A stretch of 64,000 bases of DNA, from assembly GCA_964016885.1 (NCBI GenBank), contig OZ024741.1, positions 89,094,001 to 89,158,000 of the forward strand, given 5' to 3'. Below are positions 53,397 to 64,000 of this stretch, piece by piece. Under the pieces are notes generated by a model, which saw only the letters and a program-made list of their open reading frames with translations, had not been told where the DNA came from and did not search any database. The position numbers were made by a program, and so were the translations under genes. Each line of letters opens with the position of its first letter. The stretch's first letter is position 1. This DNA comes from Eledone cirrhosa (Eukaryota).

Positions 53397-53568
53397 CAGA
53401 CCTGCCAACTTCTAAAAACCCAAACGATGAGTACCATGAAAAAAAGTGCCCGAAAACGAAGAGAAATGAGGCAAAATGGGGAGATTTTACATAATGAAAG
53501 CTATACCCATTTTCACAAGAGAAGACATCTCTTACCCATCCTAAAGATGGGGAGAGTGGACAGGTCTG
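53397..53568. mobile_element. MITE with 6-bp TSD (second copy, opposite orientation)
   Basis: CAGACCTGCCAAC...GGACAGGTCTG flanked by AAACAC on both sides. Confidence 0.85.
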
Positions 53569-53650
53569 AAACACATACAAAATGAAAATCATATAGTGCA
53601 TGTGTTTCTTTTTTATTGGCAATACTGGCAACATGACCATCCCCAAATAT

Positions 53651-53715
<65 letters not shown>

Positions 53716-53720
<5 letters not shown>

Positions 53721-53878
53721 AATTCGGGACCCCGATGGCTGATCTAGTTCGGATCTAGCTGTTGAAACGGCAGGAGCTCAGCCGTCGGGGTCCCTAATTT
53801 TTCCTTTTCCCCACTCTACTACCCCAAGTATCGAGTACTCTGTTGAGTATTTTTCTAACTGGCTTTTACCGCTTCCAT

Positions 53879-53884
<6 letters not shown>
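53716..53884 (+). mobile_element. Hairpin-headed mini element (family H), second copy
   Basis: Homologous to 27500-27636, with a shorter inverted head; (TA)n both sides. Confidence 0.75.
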
Positions 53885-53940
<56 letters not shown>

Positions 53941-54018
53941 ATAGGGAGAAAAAGACGATTACTAGGAAGAAAAGTATATATTTTTCCCTTTTATTTTTTT
54001 CTCTTATATATATATATA

Positions 54019-54489
54019 TTGGGGTCGATTAGAAAAGCTCAAACTTTATTCTCTTCAACGTCGCCGTGAGAGCTACATTATCTGTATGATGTGGAAAATA
54101 TTCCATCAGCTTAACCCAAATGATGTTGGCATCATCTTTAGTGTACACCCAAGGCTTGGGCCCCGTGCTATCCGCCCAAGACAAAAATCCCACTCGCATC
54201 ACATAACAACAATGCGGCACAATTATTTTACCTCAATTGGCCCTGCACTCTTTAACATTACACCAAAACACATTAAAGCAGAGACAGACTCCATCAATTT
54301 CAAGAAGTCTTTGGATAAATTCCTTCAAGAAATCCCGGATATGCCTCCTACACCCGGATATGCCTCCGTAAACAAAAACTCTCTGCTCGAGTGGGCCATG
54401 GTGCCCAAACACAGATTTGTAAGACTTAACCAGGTGGTGCTATTAAGTTAGACATGGCCTGGGCCAATACTGGCCGAAACCTATCAAAG

Positions 54490-54491
<2 letters not shown>
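54019..54491 (+). mobile_element. CR1/L2-like LINE 3' end
   Basis: YWGRLEKLKLYSLQRRRESY..GPALFN..FKKSLDKFL..PDMP; TATCAAAGT tail. Confidence 0.8.
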
Positions 54492-54586
<95 letters not shown>

Positions 54587-54709
54587 TATATATATATACA
54601 ATATATTAACAAATGGAAACTATATTTATAAAACCATATTTATTTCATTATACATATTTCAAGGACACCAAGTCAAATTATGGTGCGCTTTCATCAGATA
54701 AAATATAAT

Positions 54710-54888
54710 TGTTTCTACTTCTGGCACAAGGCCAGCAATTATCCCAGTGTATTACTGGTACTTTATTTTGTCGACCCCTTAAGGATGAAAGGCAAAGTTA
54801 ACCTCGACGGGTTTTGAACTCAGTCCGTAAAGGGACGTAACTGTGCTGCAAAGCATGGCGTCCGACCCTCTACTGATACTGCCAATCC
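54710..54888 (-). mobile_element. SINE inserted in the left pLTR arm only
   Basis: 10-bp TSD AAAATATAAT; empty site in the right arm at about 58935-58945. Confidence 0.9.
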
Positions 54889-57800
54889 AAAATATAATAT
54901 AGATCAGTTTTATAAATAAATATTGGCATACCCTTAAAGAATGCGACCATTTCTGTTGGAAGCTCCCGGATAGTGGTGTTATTAAATTTATTTAGTCTAT
55001 TATGCAAATTAGTGTCGGATATGTTTAAATAACAGTAGATTTAAAATAGGCCGTTGGACTATGGAAAAGAAAAAAGGAAAATAGTAAGAAAAAGAGAAAA
55101 GAAAGAGCAAACTCTAAGAGGAAAATAAGAAAACAAAAGAAAGAGAAAGAGAAAGAGAAAGAGAAAAAAGAAAGAGAAAGAGAAAGAGAAAGAGAAAGAG
55201 AAAGCCCTAAGTGATAGGTTGTTGTATTAACGTAAATTTTAAGATAAAGCGAAAAAATAAATATTTATTGGATGAGTTAGGCAGAGTAAATAAGCGTGAA
55301 TAGAAAATAAATAAATAATAATAACTGTGAATTAAATAAGAAAAGAAAAGAAATTATACAATTTTTTAATTACCTTAATCTAAAAGTAGAAATAGAGAAT
55401 AACCATAAAATAGTTAATTTTCTAGATGAAACCTTAAACCTTAACACATGTCTTCATTATCTATTTCACAAACTAAACGAGAACTTAAACTACGTTAATT
55501 TTAACTCTAATCACCCCAGATCCGTTAAAAATAATATAGTGAATTCTGTACAGCAACGCATTTCTAGAATTTCAGCTAATATTTGATGATAAAGCACATT
55601 ATTACAACGAAGCGTTAGGTAGAGCTGGATATAGAAATAAAATTAAATACATTGATAAGAATAAGAATATAACAACTAACCATAATCTTAACAATTTTAA
55701 CAACTATAATAGAAAACCTTACAATATTTCGGAAAACAAAAAAAGAAATAGAACTAGGAATATATTATGGTTCGCTCCTCTTTTCTCATTAAATATTAAA
55801 ACTCCTATTGCTAAACTATTCTTTAAAGCTCTTGACAAATGCTTCCCTAGAACACATAGATATTACTCAATATTTAATAGACATACTATAAAATTAAATA
55901 ATTCAACCACCAATAATTTAGCGCAGAATATTAATAGAATTAATAATAGAAACTTAAAACCTAACCAAAATACCACTAACAACCCCAGCAATATCCAATT
56001 TAATAATACAGCTCAATTTAATAATACATCTAGTAACTTGAATTTTGATAAATGTAACTGTAGAAATAAATCTAACTGTCCGTTAAATAACAATTGTTTA
56101 GCTAAAAATATAGTATATAATTGTAATGTAAAAACTAATTTAAATTCATTTAATTATGTAGGATCTACTTCCACAGATTTTAAATCTCGTTTTAATAACC
56201 ATAAATGCTCTTTTACGAATTTAAACAAAAAATCTTCAACTTCTCTATCTAGCTTATTATGGGACCTTAAATCAAAGAACATTAAATATTCTTTACTTTG
56301 GAATATTATTTCAAAAGCTCTTCCGAAAATTGTGATCTTTGTATAGAGGAAATATTCTTTATATTAAAAAACAAAAATTCCGTGAACGTAAGAAACAATC
56401 TTTTCAGTTGCTGCAAATATAGATTGAATTCAACGTTTAAATATAAATTTAAAATGTAATATATAACTCATTCTATTAAATCTATTGAACCTATCGATAA
56501 ATCATTAGATTCCTTCATTTGACTGCTTAAAACTCTCCTTAAAAGTTTTTTCCTTGAAAATGTTTCTAGATCCCAGCATGACCTCAGCCGGATGGCTGAA
56601 ACAGGTAAAAGAGTAAAAGAGAGATAAACATACTAAAAGCTTTTAAATGAAAGAGATTTTTGGAAAATATTTTTTTTGAAAGTTTCTCCTATTTTTGAAA
56701 ACTTCTCTTTTTTGAAAATTTCTCTTTCTTTGAAAATTTCTCGTATGGTTATAAAAGATTAAGTTAAGCATACTGAGAGTTAAATATTATATAAAAAAAA
56801 TTAAAATTCCTTTTTATACTGAATTTTTTATATATATTCTTGTATATTTTTTAAAATTATATCTTAAAATATTTTTAAAAATTATATTGTTTTAAAGTTA
56901 TATTGCTTAAAATGATATGAATATATTTCCAAATTGTAATTTCTCTTAAAATTATAATCCTTTTAAAATTATAACTCATTTTTATTTTATATTATGTACT
57001 TTATATTTAACTATATATATATATGATGTATGTCTATCTATATGTGTATATATATGTGTATGCATCTATATATGGGTTGTGTATCTCTGTGTATATATAT
57101 GTGTGGGTACATGTGTCTATGTCTCTATATATGTATATATACAATTCGAATACACTTTGTTATAAAGGGTTTCTTACGGTTTATGCTAAACAAACTTATA
57201 TTATAACAGTCATAACTATATAACAGGTGGATTTCTGAGATATATAAAATTTATAAAATTTATAAAATTTATAAAATTATAACTTACTATTAAATAATAT
57301 AAGGTTTTTATAATCTTAACTTTCTTTTATCATCTTAACATTTATAACATTTAATATAAGTAAATAACTTAATTTCCTTCACGCTGTATTGCTATTACAT
57401 AGAAACGATTTTTCTCCGATTTCTCCGAAAAATCTATGAATTTCCATAAGTTTAAAAAAATTCCTATATCTTAAACATAAAAAATCTTTTATTGTATATA
57501 TATGTATATATATGTATGTATATACCCATCAATTAAATTAATTTTATATTCTTTTCATAGATGTATATTTTTTTCACTAACTTTCTTATCTTAAAACTTT
57601 GGTCACCTTAGATATTTGTATTGGCATTACTATTTTATAACAGCAACTGCTTGTATACCTTTTACTGACCACCTGACCTAGTTTCACCCCTAAAATAAGC
57701 TTCAATTACTACTATTTTACCATTTGGCCAATTATTAACTTTCTATTGGTTAATTCTAAACCTCTTACCAAACAGACAGAATATATTAGATCTTTGTTGG

Positions 57801-58248
57801 TTTTATTCAATGAACAAATAAAATTATTTCTGAGGTCAGCATAAGACCTATTTCTTCCCTAAAATAATCCTTCATTCATAATATTCTTTTCCATCCAAAA
57901 CTGAAATCTACCTTCCTCTACCCATAATTTAAGGTTCTTCTACTACTATATTACTATCTTGACCCTCACTATCTCCTGATTGGTCAATTCAAAACCTGTT
58001 CCCAAACAGACCTATTGTATTGAATCTTTGTTTTTTCAATAAACGAATATCATTATTTCTGAAGACAGCATATATATGTGTAGGCATGTATATTCCCTCT
58101 GATAGTTTGTATAAATATTGTACATAGATCTATAGAATATGCATACCAACTCTAACACATATATATCCTAGAAACGATCGTAAAATGATGAATTTTTTTT
58201 AATATAAGGAACTGTTTCTTTGTTTATTCATTATTTTATTAATTTATG

Positions 58249-58307
<59 letters not shown>

Positions 58308-58938
58308 ATATGTATATATATATGAATATATTCCTTTTAATAATATATAGATTTTTTAATAATATATAGTTTTTAATAATATATAGATTTTAATAATATA
58401 TAGATCTCAATTTTAATGTATAGATCTCAATAATTTAATTGATAATTTAATTGATAAACTAAACATTTAATCAAATTTAAACATTAGATAAAATTCTCCG
58501 GTTATTATTATTTATTTATTTTCTATTCATGCTTATTTACTTTGCCTAACTCATCCAATAAATATTTACGTTAATACAACAAATTTACGTTAATACAACA
58601 ACCTATCACTTCGGGCTTTCTTTTTCTCTTTCTCTTTCTCTTTCTCTTTCTCTTTCTCTTTCTTTTTTCTCTTTCTCTTTCTCTTTCTCTTTCTTTTGTT
58701 TTCTTCTTTTCCTCTTAGAGTTTGCTCTTTCTTTTCTCTTTTTCTTACTATTTTCCTTTTTTCTTTTCCATACTCCAACGGCCTATTTTAAATCTACTGT
58801 TATTTAAACATATCCGACACTAATTTGCATAATAGACTAAATAAATTTAATAACCCCACTATCCGGGAGCTTCCAACAGAAATGGTCGCATTCTTTAAGG
58901 GTATGTCAATATTTATTTATAAAACTGATCTATATTAT

Positions 58939-59001
58939 ATTTTATCTGATGAAAGCGCACCATAATTTGACTTGGTGTCCTTGAAATATGTATAATGAAA
59001 T
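58939..59001 (+). ncRNA. Hammerhead ribozyme, type I (family J); mirror copy 54642-54704 (-)
   Basis: ATTTTAT-CTGATGA-aag.gcacca..tggtgt.ctt-GAAA-tatgta-TA-ATGAAAT. Confidence 0.85.
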
Positions 59002-59129
59002 AAATATGGTTTTATAAATATAGTTTCCATTTGTTAATATATCGTATTTTTACTCCAATAATTTGTTGAGTGCTTTATATCAGTTATAAAAATATTTGCT
59101 TGTTGTATCACAACAATTTATATATAACT

Positions 59130-59280
<151 letters not shown>

Positions 59281-59504
59281 ATAATAATAAATTTGAAGAC
59301 TAAAATCCAAAGAGAGCTCGATAAGGATAAATATATATCAAATATATAAGAACCGTAGAGCAAATATTTATTAAAATAACAGATTAAAGTTTAAGCAAAG
59401 AATCGCTGCTTTCACTCTTAACGGGATCTTCTGAAACTAACAAAGTCAATCTGTAAACGCAGAACTGGATATTTCAAAAAACGTTGCAACCAGAGGAAGA
59501 CATA

Positions 59505-59983
59505 TAACTTTGATAACTTTGATAGGTTTCGGCCAGTATTGGCCCAGGCCATCTCTAACTTAATAGCACCACCTGGCGAAGTCTTACAAATCAGTGTTTG
59601 GGCACCATGGCCCACTTGAGCCGAGAGTTATTGTTTACGGAGGCATATCCGGGTGTAGGAGGCATATCCGGGATTTCTTGAAGGAATTTATCCAAAGACT
59701 TCTCGAACTTGATGGGATCTGTCTCTGCTTTGATGTGTTTTGGTGTAATGTTAAAGAGTGCAGGGCCAATTGAGGTAAAATAATTGTGCCGCATTGTTGT
59801 TATGTGATGCTAGTGGGATTTTTGTCGTGGGCGGATAGCACGGGGCCCAAGCCTTTGGTGTACACTAAAGATGATGCCAACATCATTTGGGCTAAGCTGA
59901 TGGAATATTTTCCACATCATACAGATAATGTAGCTCTCACGGCGACGTTGAAGAGAATAAAGTTTGAGCTTTTCTAATCGACC

Positions 59984-59988
<5 letters not shown>
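59505..59988 (-). mobile_element. CR1/L2-like LINE 3' end, inverted twin of 54019-54491
   Basis: Same 5' truncation (TATT|GGGGTCGATTAG) and high similarity. Confidence 0.8.
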
Positions 59989-60036
<48 letters not shown>

Positions 60037-61169
60037 TACTTAAACTAACAAAAGGGAGTATACTATTCATTTGTGCTTCGAAGATAAAATATATCTTTCG
60101 TAAAAGTAACCCCCCCCCCCCCCAACACGCACACACAACTACTATTATTATCATTAGCATTGTCACCTATTAATCCTTTTCCGAGTCATCCTTTAATTAT
60201 AGTTTGGCTTTGTAAGCCTGTTTTTATTAATCTTAAATCCAGATTATGAAGAACAATACCAGCGTATCCCAACGAAGTAGACTCAGCAGTTACCAAGTTC
60301 ACTTCGCATTTACCAGGTCCCAGCTTGGATCCAATTGCATGATAACTTGAGCAAATGTTATTTATCATAGCCTCGAGTCGACAGATACCTCCTGAGGGAA
60401 ATCGAGTGAACGGAAACTGTTTGGAGGTCCGTTGGATGGACTGTACTTGTGGTTTAATGGGCCAGCAATATCACAATGTGTAACGTTCAATCTCCCCAAG
60501 AATTACTCTCAAAGTACCATCTCTGAGAATGTTCAGCTATTTACACGTTGGATTTACTAGCAGGCTATTCGGTGGTGAATTAGTAGAAGATTTAGAACGT
60601 TGGGCAAAATGCGTTGAGATATGTTTTCTCTCTCTTTGCCTTCTGGTTTTACGTTTGTCTTTAATTCTTCCGGGGTCGATAAAGTTCACGTCTATGGCAC
60701 TGTACTTGATGCAATCTTTAGAGAATATTTGTTCCCGCCCTTGCATTCTGAGTTCAAATGATAGCGAGACCTACTTGGTTTGCAAACTTCATCTATCAAA
60801 CTGTTTACTATGGTCCTCTCTGATATAAACGTTTGGGCTAACATGATCTTTGGTTAGAGGATACTTTTCTATCTCCATCCCCTCGGTCCATTGTTAACTC
60901 GTATAGATGGGGAGGGTTGGTTTAGTTTTATGGAAGAAAAAACCAGGCTTTGATTTTTATGCATTGCCTAAGGTGAAACACACTAAAAGTGACAGGAAGA
61001 AGAACAGAGACGATTGTCGAGGATGGACATGGATGGAAAGGTTATTACTGTTTAATACCAGATCAGCATTTCAATCACAATCAACTCATCGTTTTGTAAT
61101 TTTAAAACTGCATTAGACAATTTGTGTTTCTTTTCTTTTTGAAGATTTGCGGGTATAATTTGAGGAAAT

Positions 61170-61441
61170 TTGGCTGCTATGCTTAGAAAATTGTGCAACA
61201 GTGTAGAGGTCCCTATTGCTATGTAACTAGCCTATTTGTTCCGTTTATAATTCTTTAAATTCGTTTAATTAAAACCACGATGAGATTGTGTGAAAGTTTC
61301 GCCTTTAAATATGGCTTCTGTAGTTAGAAGGAACTTGGCTGCTATGCTTAGAAAATTGTGCAACCGTGTAGAGGGTCCTGTTGTTATGTAACTAGCCTAT
61401 TTGTTCTGTTTATAGTTCTTAAAATTCTTTTAATTAAAACC
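61170..61441. repeat. Local direct duplication, period about 165 bp
   Basis: TTGGCTGCTATGCTTAGAAAATTGTGCAAC at 61170 and 61335. Confidence 0.85.
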
Positions 61442-61688
61442 TCGACGAAATTGTGTGGCAATTTCACCTTCAATTATGGGTTCTGTTATTAATTAGTAAT
61501 CTACTTGGTTTAAAGAGATTGAAGTATGTTACAGAATGGGAATGTAAACAATATTCGTTTGTTTGTTTGTTTTTGAGATGTTGTTTATTGCCTATATATC
61601 CTATACAGAATGTCTACTTAGTTATGTTGCGGTGAGTGTGTGTGTGTGTGTGTGTGTGTGTTTGTCTTGTTGTTGTTGTTATTGCAGC

Positions 61689-61719
<31 letters not shown>

Positions 61720-61810
61720 CTTCTTCTTCTTCTTCTTCTTCTTCTTCTTCTTCTTCTTCTTCTTCTTCTTCTTCTTCACATTACACACGCAAACACACGC
61801 ACACATGCAC

Positions 61811-61935
<125 letters not shown>

Positions 61936-62236
61936 TGTATGTATGTATAGTGTGTATGTATGGGCGCACGCGTATCACGCGAAAAACATTTTACAGCACA
62001 TCTGCCTTCCGCTCAGCTGTGTCGTCTTCCGTTTGGTTTTAATTGGCACATCAGCAGACGATCCTCCTCTGTTTGTGTCTTCTATTTATTATGAAAACTT
62101 CTGATACCCCAAACCCCATTTTTGCTGATGGCGGCGACATTAGTCCACAAAACTTAATAACTTTTAATGTTATATGACTGTTGACTGCCACAAAAATACG
62201 GAAATTTCTCTGTCTGTCTGTCTGTCTGTCTGTCTG

Positions 62237-62283
<47 letters not shown>

Positions 62284-62328
62284 ATGGCTGGCTGTCTGTC
62301 TGTCTGTCTGTTTGTCTGTATCTATCTA

Positions 62329-62794
62329 TTGTGTGATAGCTATGGCGAAAAAGGTTGTATGGTGGACAAGGTTGAAAGGGCTGAGGTCAGACACCTTTCT
62401 CTCCGGCCAACAACTGATTCTTTTTTTCAAATACCACTTTGGAAGAAGAATCAGGGTGGAGAGAGAGGTGCTGTACCCCTGCAAGTTTTATGAAAGGTGG
62501 GTGAAAGTGGCGAGAATGGCCCGAGTTAATGGGCCTTCTCTCTATATCAGCCTGTAGGTTGAGGAAAAGGAGGAGGAGAGGAAAGGAGTACAAGCTCTTC
62601 GTACTCCTGGAGATGAGGGTTGCACATTTTTTTCGGGGGTATGTGTTACCCATATGTAATGTCTCCCCTATTGGGGAAAATCGACTAACTTTTTAAATTC
62701 CATTTGTGATAACATTTTACACGTTTTTATTGTATGTAAACTTCCCCCTTTGTATTTGTCCCCTTCTTTTGTGCCCCTGTGGCTAATAAAGAAA
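62329..62794 (+). mobile_element. Tx1/L1-clade LINE 3' end in (TATC)n (second copy)
   Basis: Near-identical to 16582-17046; same 3' end; TATC/TGTC repeats both sides. Confidence 0.85.
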
Positions 62795-62856
62795 CATATC
62801 TATCTTTCTATCTATCTATCTATCTGGCTGGCTGTCTGTCTGTCTGTCTGTTTGTC

Positions 62857-62923
<67 letters not shown>

Positions 62924-63490
62924 GGCTGTCTGTCTGTCTGTTTGTCTGTATCTATATATCTATCTATCTATCAATCTGGTTGTCTGTCTGTTTGTCTGTC
63001 TGTCAATCAGCTCATCTATTTATCTATCTGTCTCTCTGTTTGCTTTCATTCTATCTCTAAATATACACATATACACGTGTATCCATGACCATGCATAGAT
63101 ATAAAGGTACAAGAAAAGTGGGAAAGTAAGCAATGAACATACATCAAGATGGTAAATACCTGATTCCTAAAACCTTATTTCGCCTCCTAATATTTCTAAT
63201 TTAGTAGAGCTCATTTATGAACCTAACGAGGAGCTATTTTTAGCATTCCTTTTGGCATGTGTGATTGCCGTCAACACGATCGATATTTCGTGCATTGACC
63301 AACATTTTTATTTTGTATATCTGCTCCTAACATTTGTCGAGCTGAGTTACGGAGCTAAGGAGGAACTATTTTTTATATTCCTGTTGACCCGCCCGTATCC
63401 TTCTGCTTGAGTGGTATTTACATGTGCTTTCACAATTTGTGTTTTGACTGCATGGCCGATGACAAAGCTATGTATATGTAGTAAGATGTT

Positions 63491-63586
63491 GGCCACTGAT
63501 GATGAGCTAAACATCTTAATGATGCCTGTTATCTAATAATGGTAACTGCCATGATTTCTTGTCAGCTCGAAACAGCTGCATAGGCC
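63491..63586 (+). ncRNA. Hammerhead-like motif with mutated cleavage triplet (family K)
   Basis: GGCCA-CTGATGA-t-gagct...agctc-GAAA-cagctg-CA-TAGGCC; U16.1 appears as C. Confidence 0.6.
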
Positions 63587-63709
63587 TTAGGAGTCGGTAT
63601 TTACCATCATCATGTAAGTTCATTGCACGGGTCAACAAAAATTCTAAAAATAACTCATCGTTATGTTTATGGATCAGCTTTATTAGGCTAAAAATAAATA
63701 TACGTATGC

Positions 63710-64000
63710 ATATCTACATCTACATCTAAGGTCCCCTTCGGTCAGGTCTGACAATGTGTTGTATCCCAGTTGCTGTCTGCTCAGATCTATGTGTGAGTGT
63801 CAGTCTCCGTCACATAGGTCACATCTATTTATGGTCTCTGGTCCGTTGGAGTTACTGCGCACCTTTCGCCGGGCTCGTTTGTCTGCTGCTGCAGTCATCA
63901 ACTTCTCCTCCCCTGCTTGAGACGTTGATTCAGGATGCTCCTCCATCTTGTCCGGTCAGCTGCGACATCCTCTCAGGATTCCGTGTTGATGTCAAGGGCC
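63710..64000 (-). mobile_element. RTE (BovB-like) LINE 3' end, runs off the window
   Basis: Minus strand ALDINTES.EDVAADRTRWRSIL..CDLCDGDxHSHIDL zinc-finger-like; (TAGATG)n tail. Confidence 0.75.

Larger units (their letters stand above)
54600..59123 (+). mobile_element. Penelope-like retroelement: inverted pLTR (54600-55325), RT C-terminus and GIY-YIG (about 55345-56460), long AT-rich UTR, pLTR (58500-59042) and tail
   Basis: VNFLD..SNHP..RNILWF..FNRHTIK..CNCRNKSNCPLNNNCL..IVY..YVGST..FKSRFNNH; 58500-59042 is the reverse complement of 54600-55325 apart from a SINE; HHR in both arms. Confidence 0.92.

Noticed and set aside
59395-59437. Minus-strand CAGAAGA...GAAA motif
   Set aside because: Core mismatch and no convincing stems

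Overview
AT-rich, microsatellite-saturated eukaryotic intergenic or intronic DNA. The repeat content looks like a coleoid cephalopod such as Octopus (inference). No intact host gene is supportable, and almost all listed ORFs are translations of (TA)n, (CA)n, (TATG)n or (ACC)n repeats. The window is a patchwork of decayed mobile elements: Penelope-like element (PLE) fragments with GIY-YIG domains; RTE, Tx1/L1, R4/Dong-like, CRE-like and CR1/L2-like LINE pieces; many tRNA-type SINEs; a 5S-rRNA-derived SINE; Tc1/mariner, piggyBac and hAT MITEs; and non-autonomous Helitrons. The main signal, read by eye, is about 24 type I hammerhead-ribozyme (HHR) motifs from about 12 distinct sequence families. 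Most sit in small to 6-kb fold-back insertions in (TA)n arrays. These share one architecture: an inverted copy starting at a fixed internal AT motif, then a 5'-truncated sense copy with the HHR and a short tail. Notable cases are a U3-A8 compensatory-core HHR family, a tandem two-HHR unit that could release a 486-nt monomer, a 3-kb fold-back element, and two insertions whose flanking DNA is also duplicated in inverted orientation. All folds and alignments were done by eye and coordinates are approximate.
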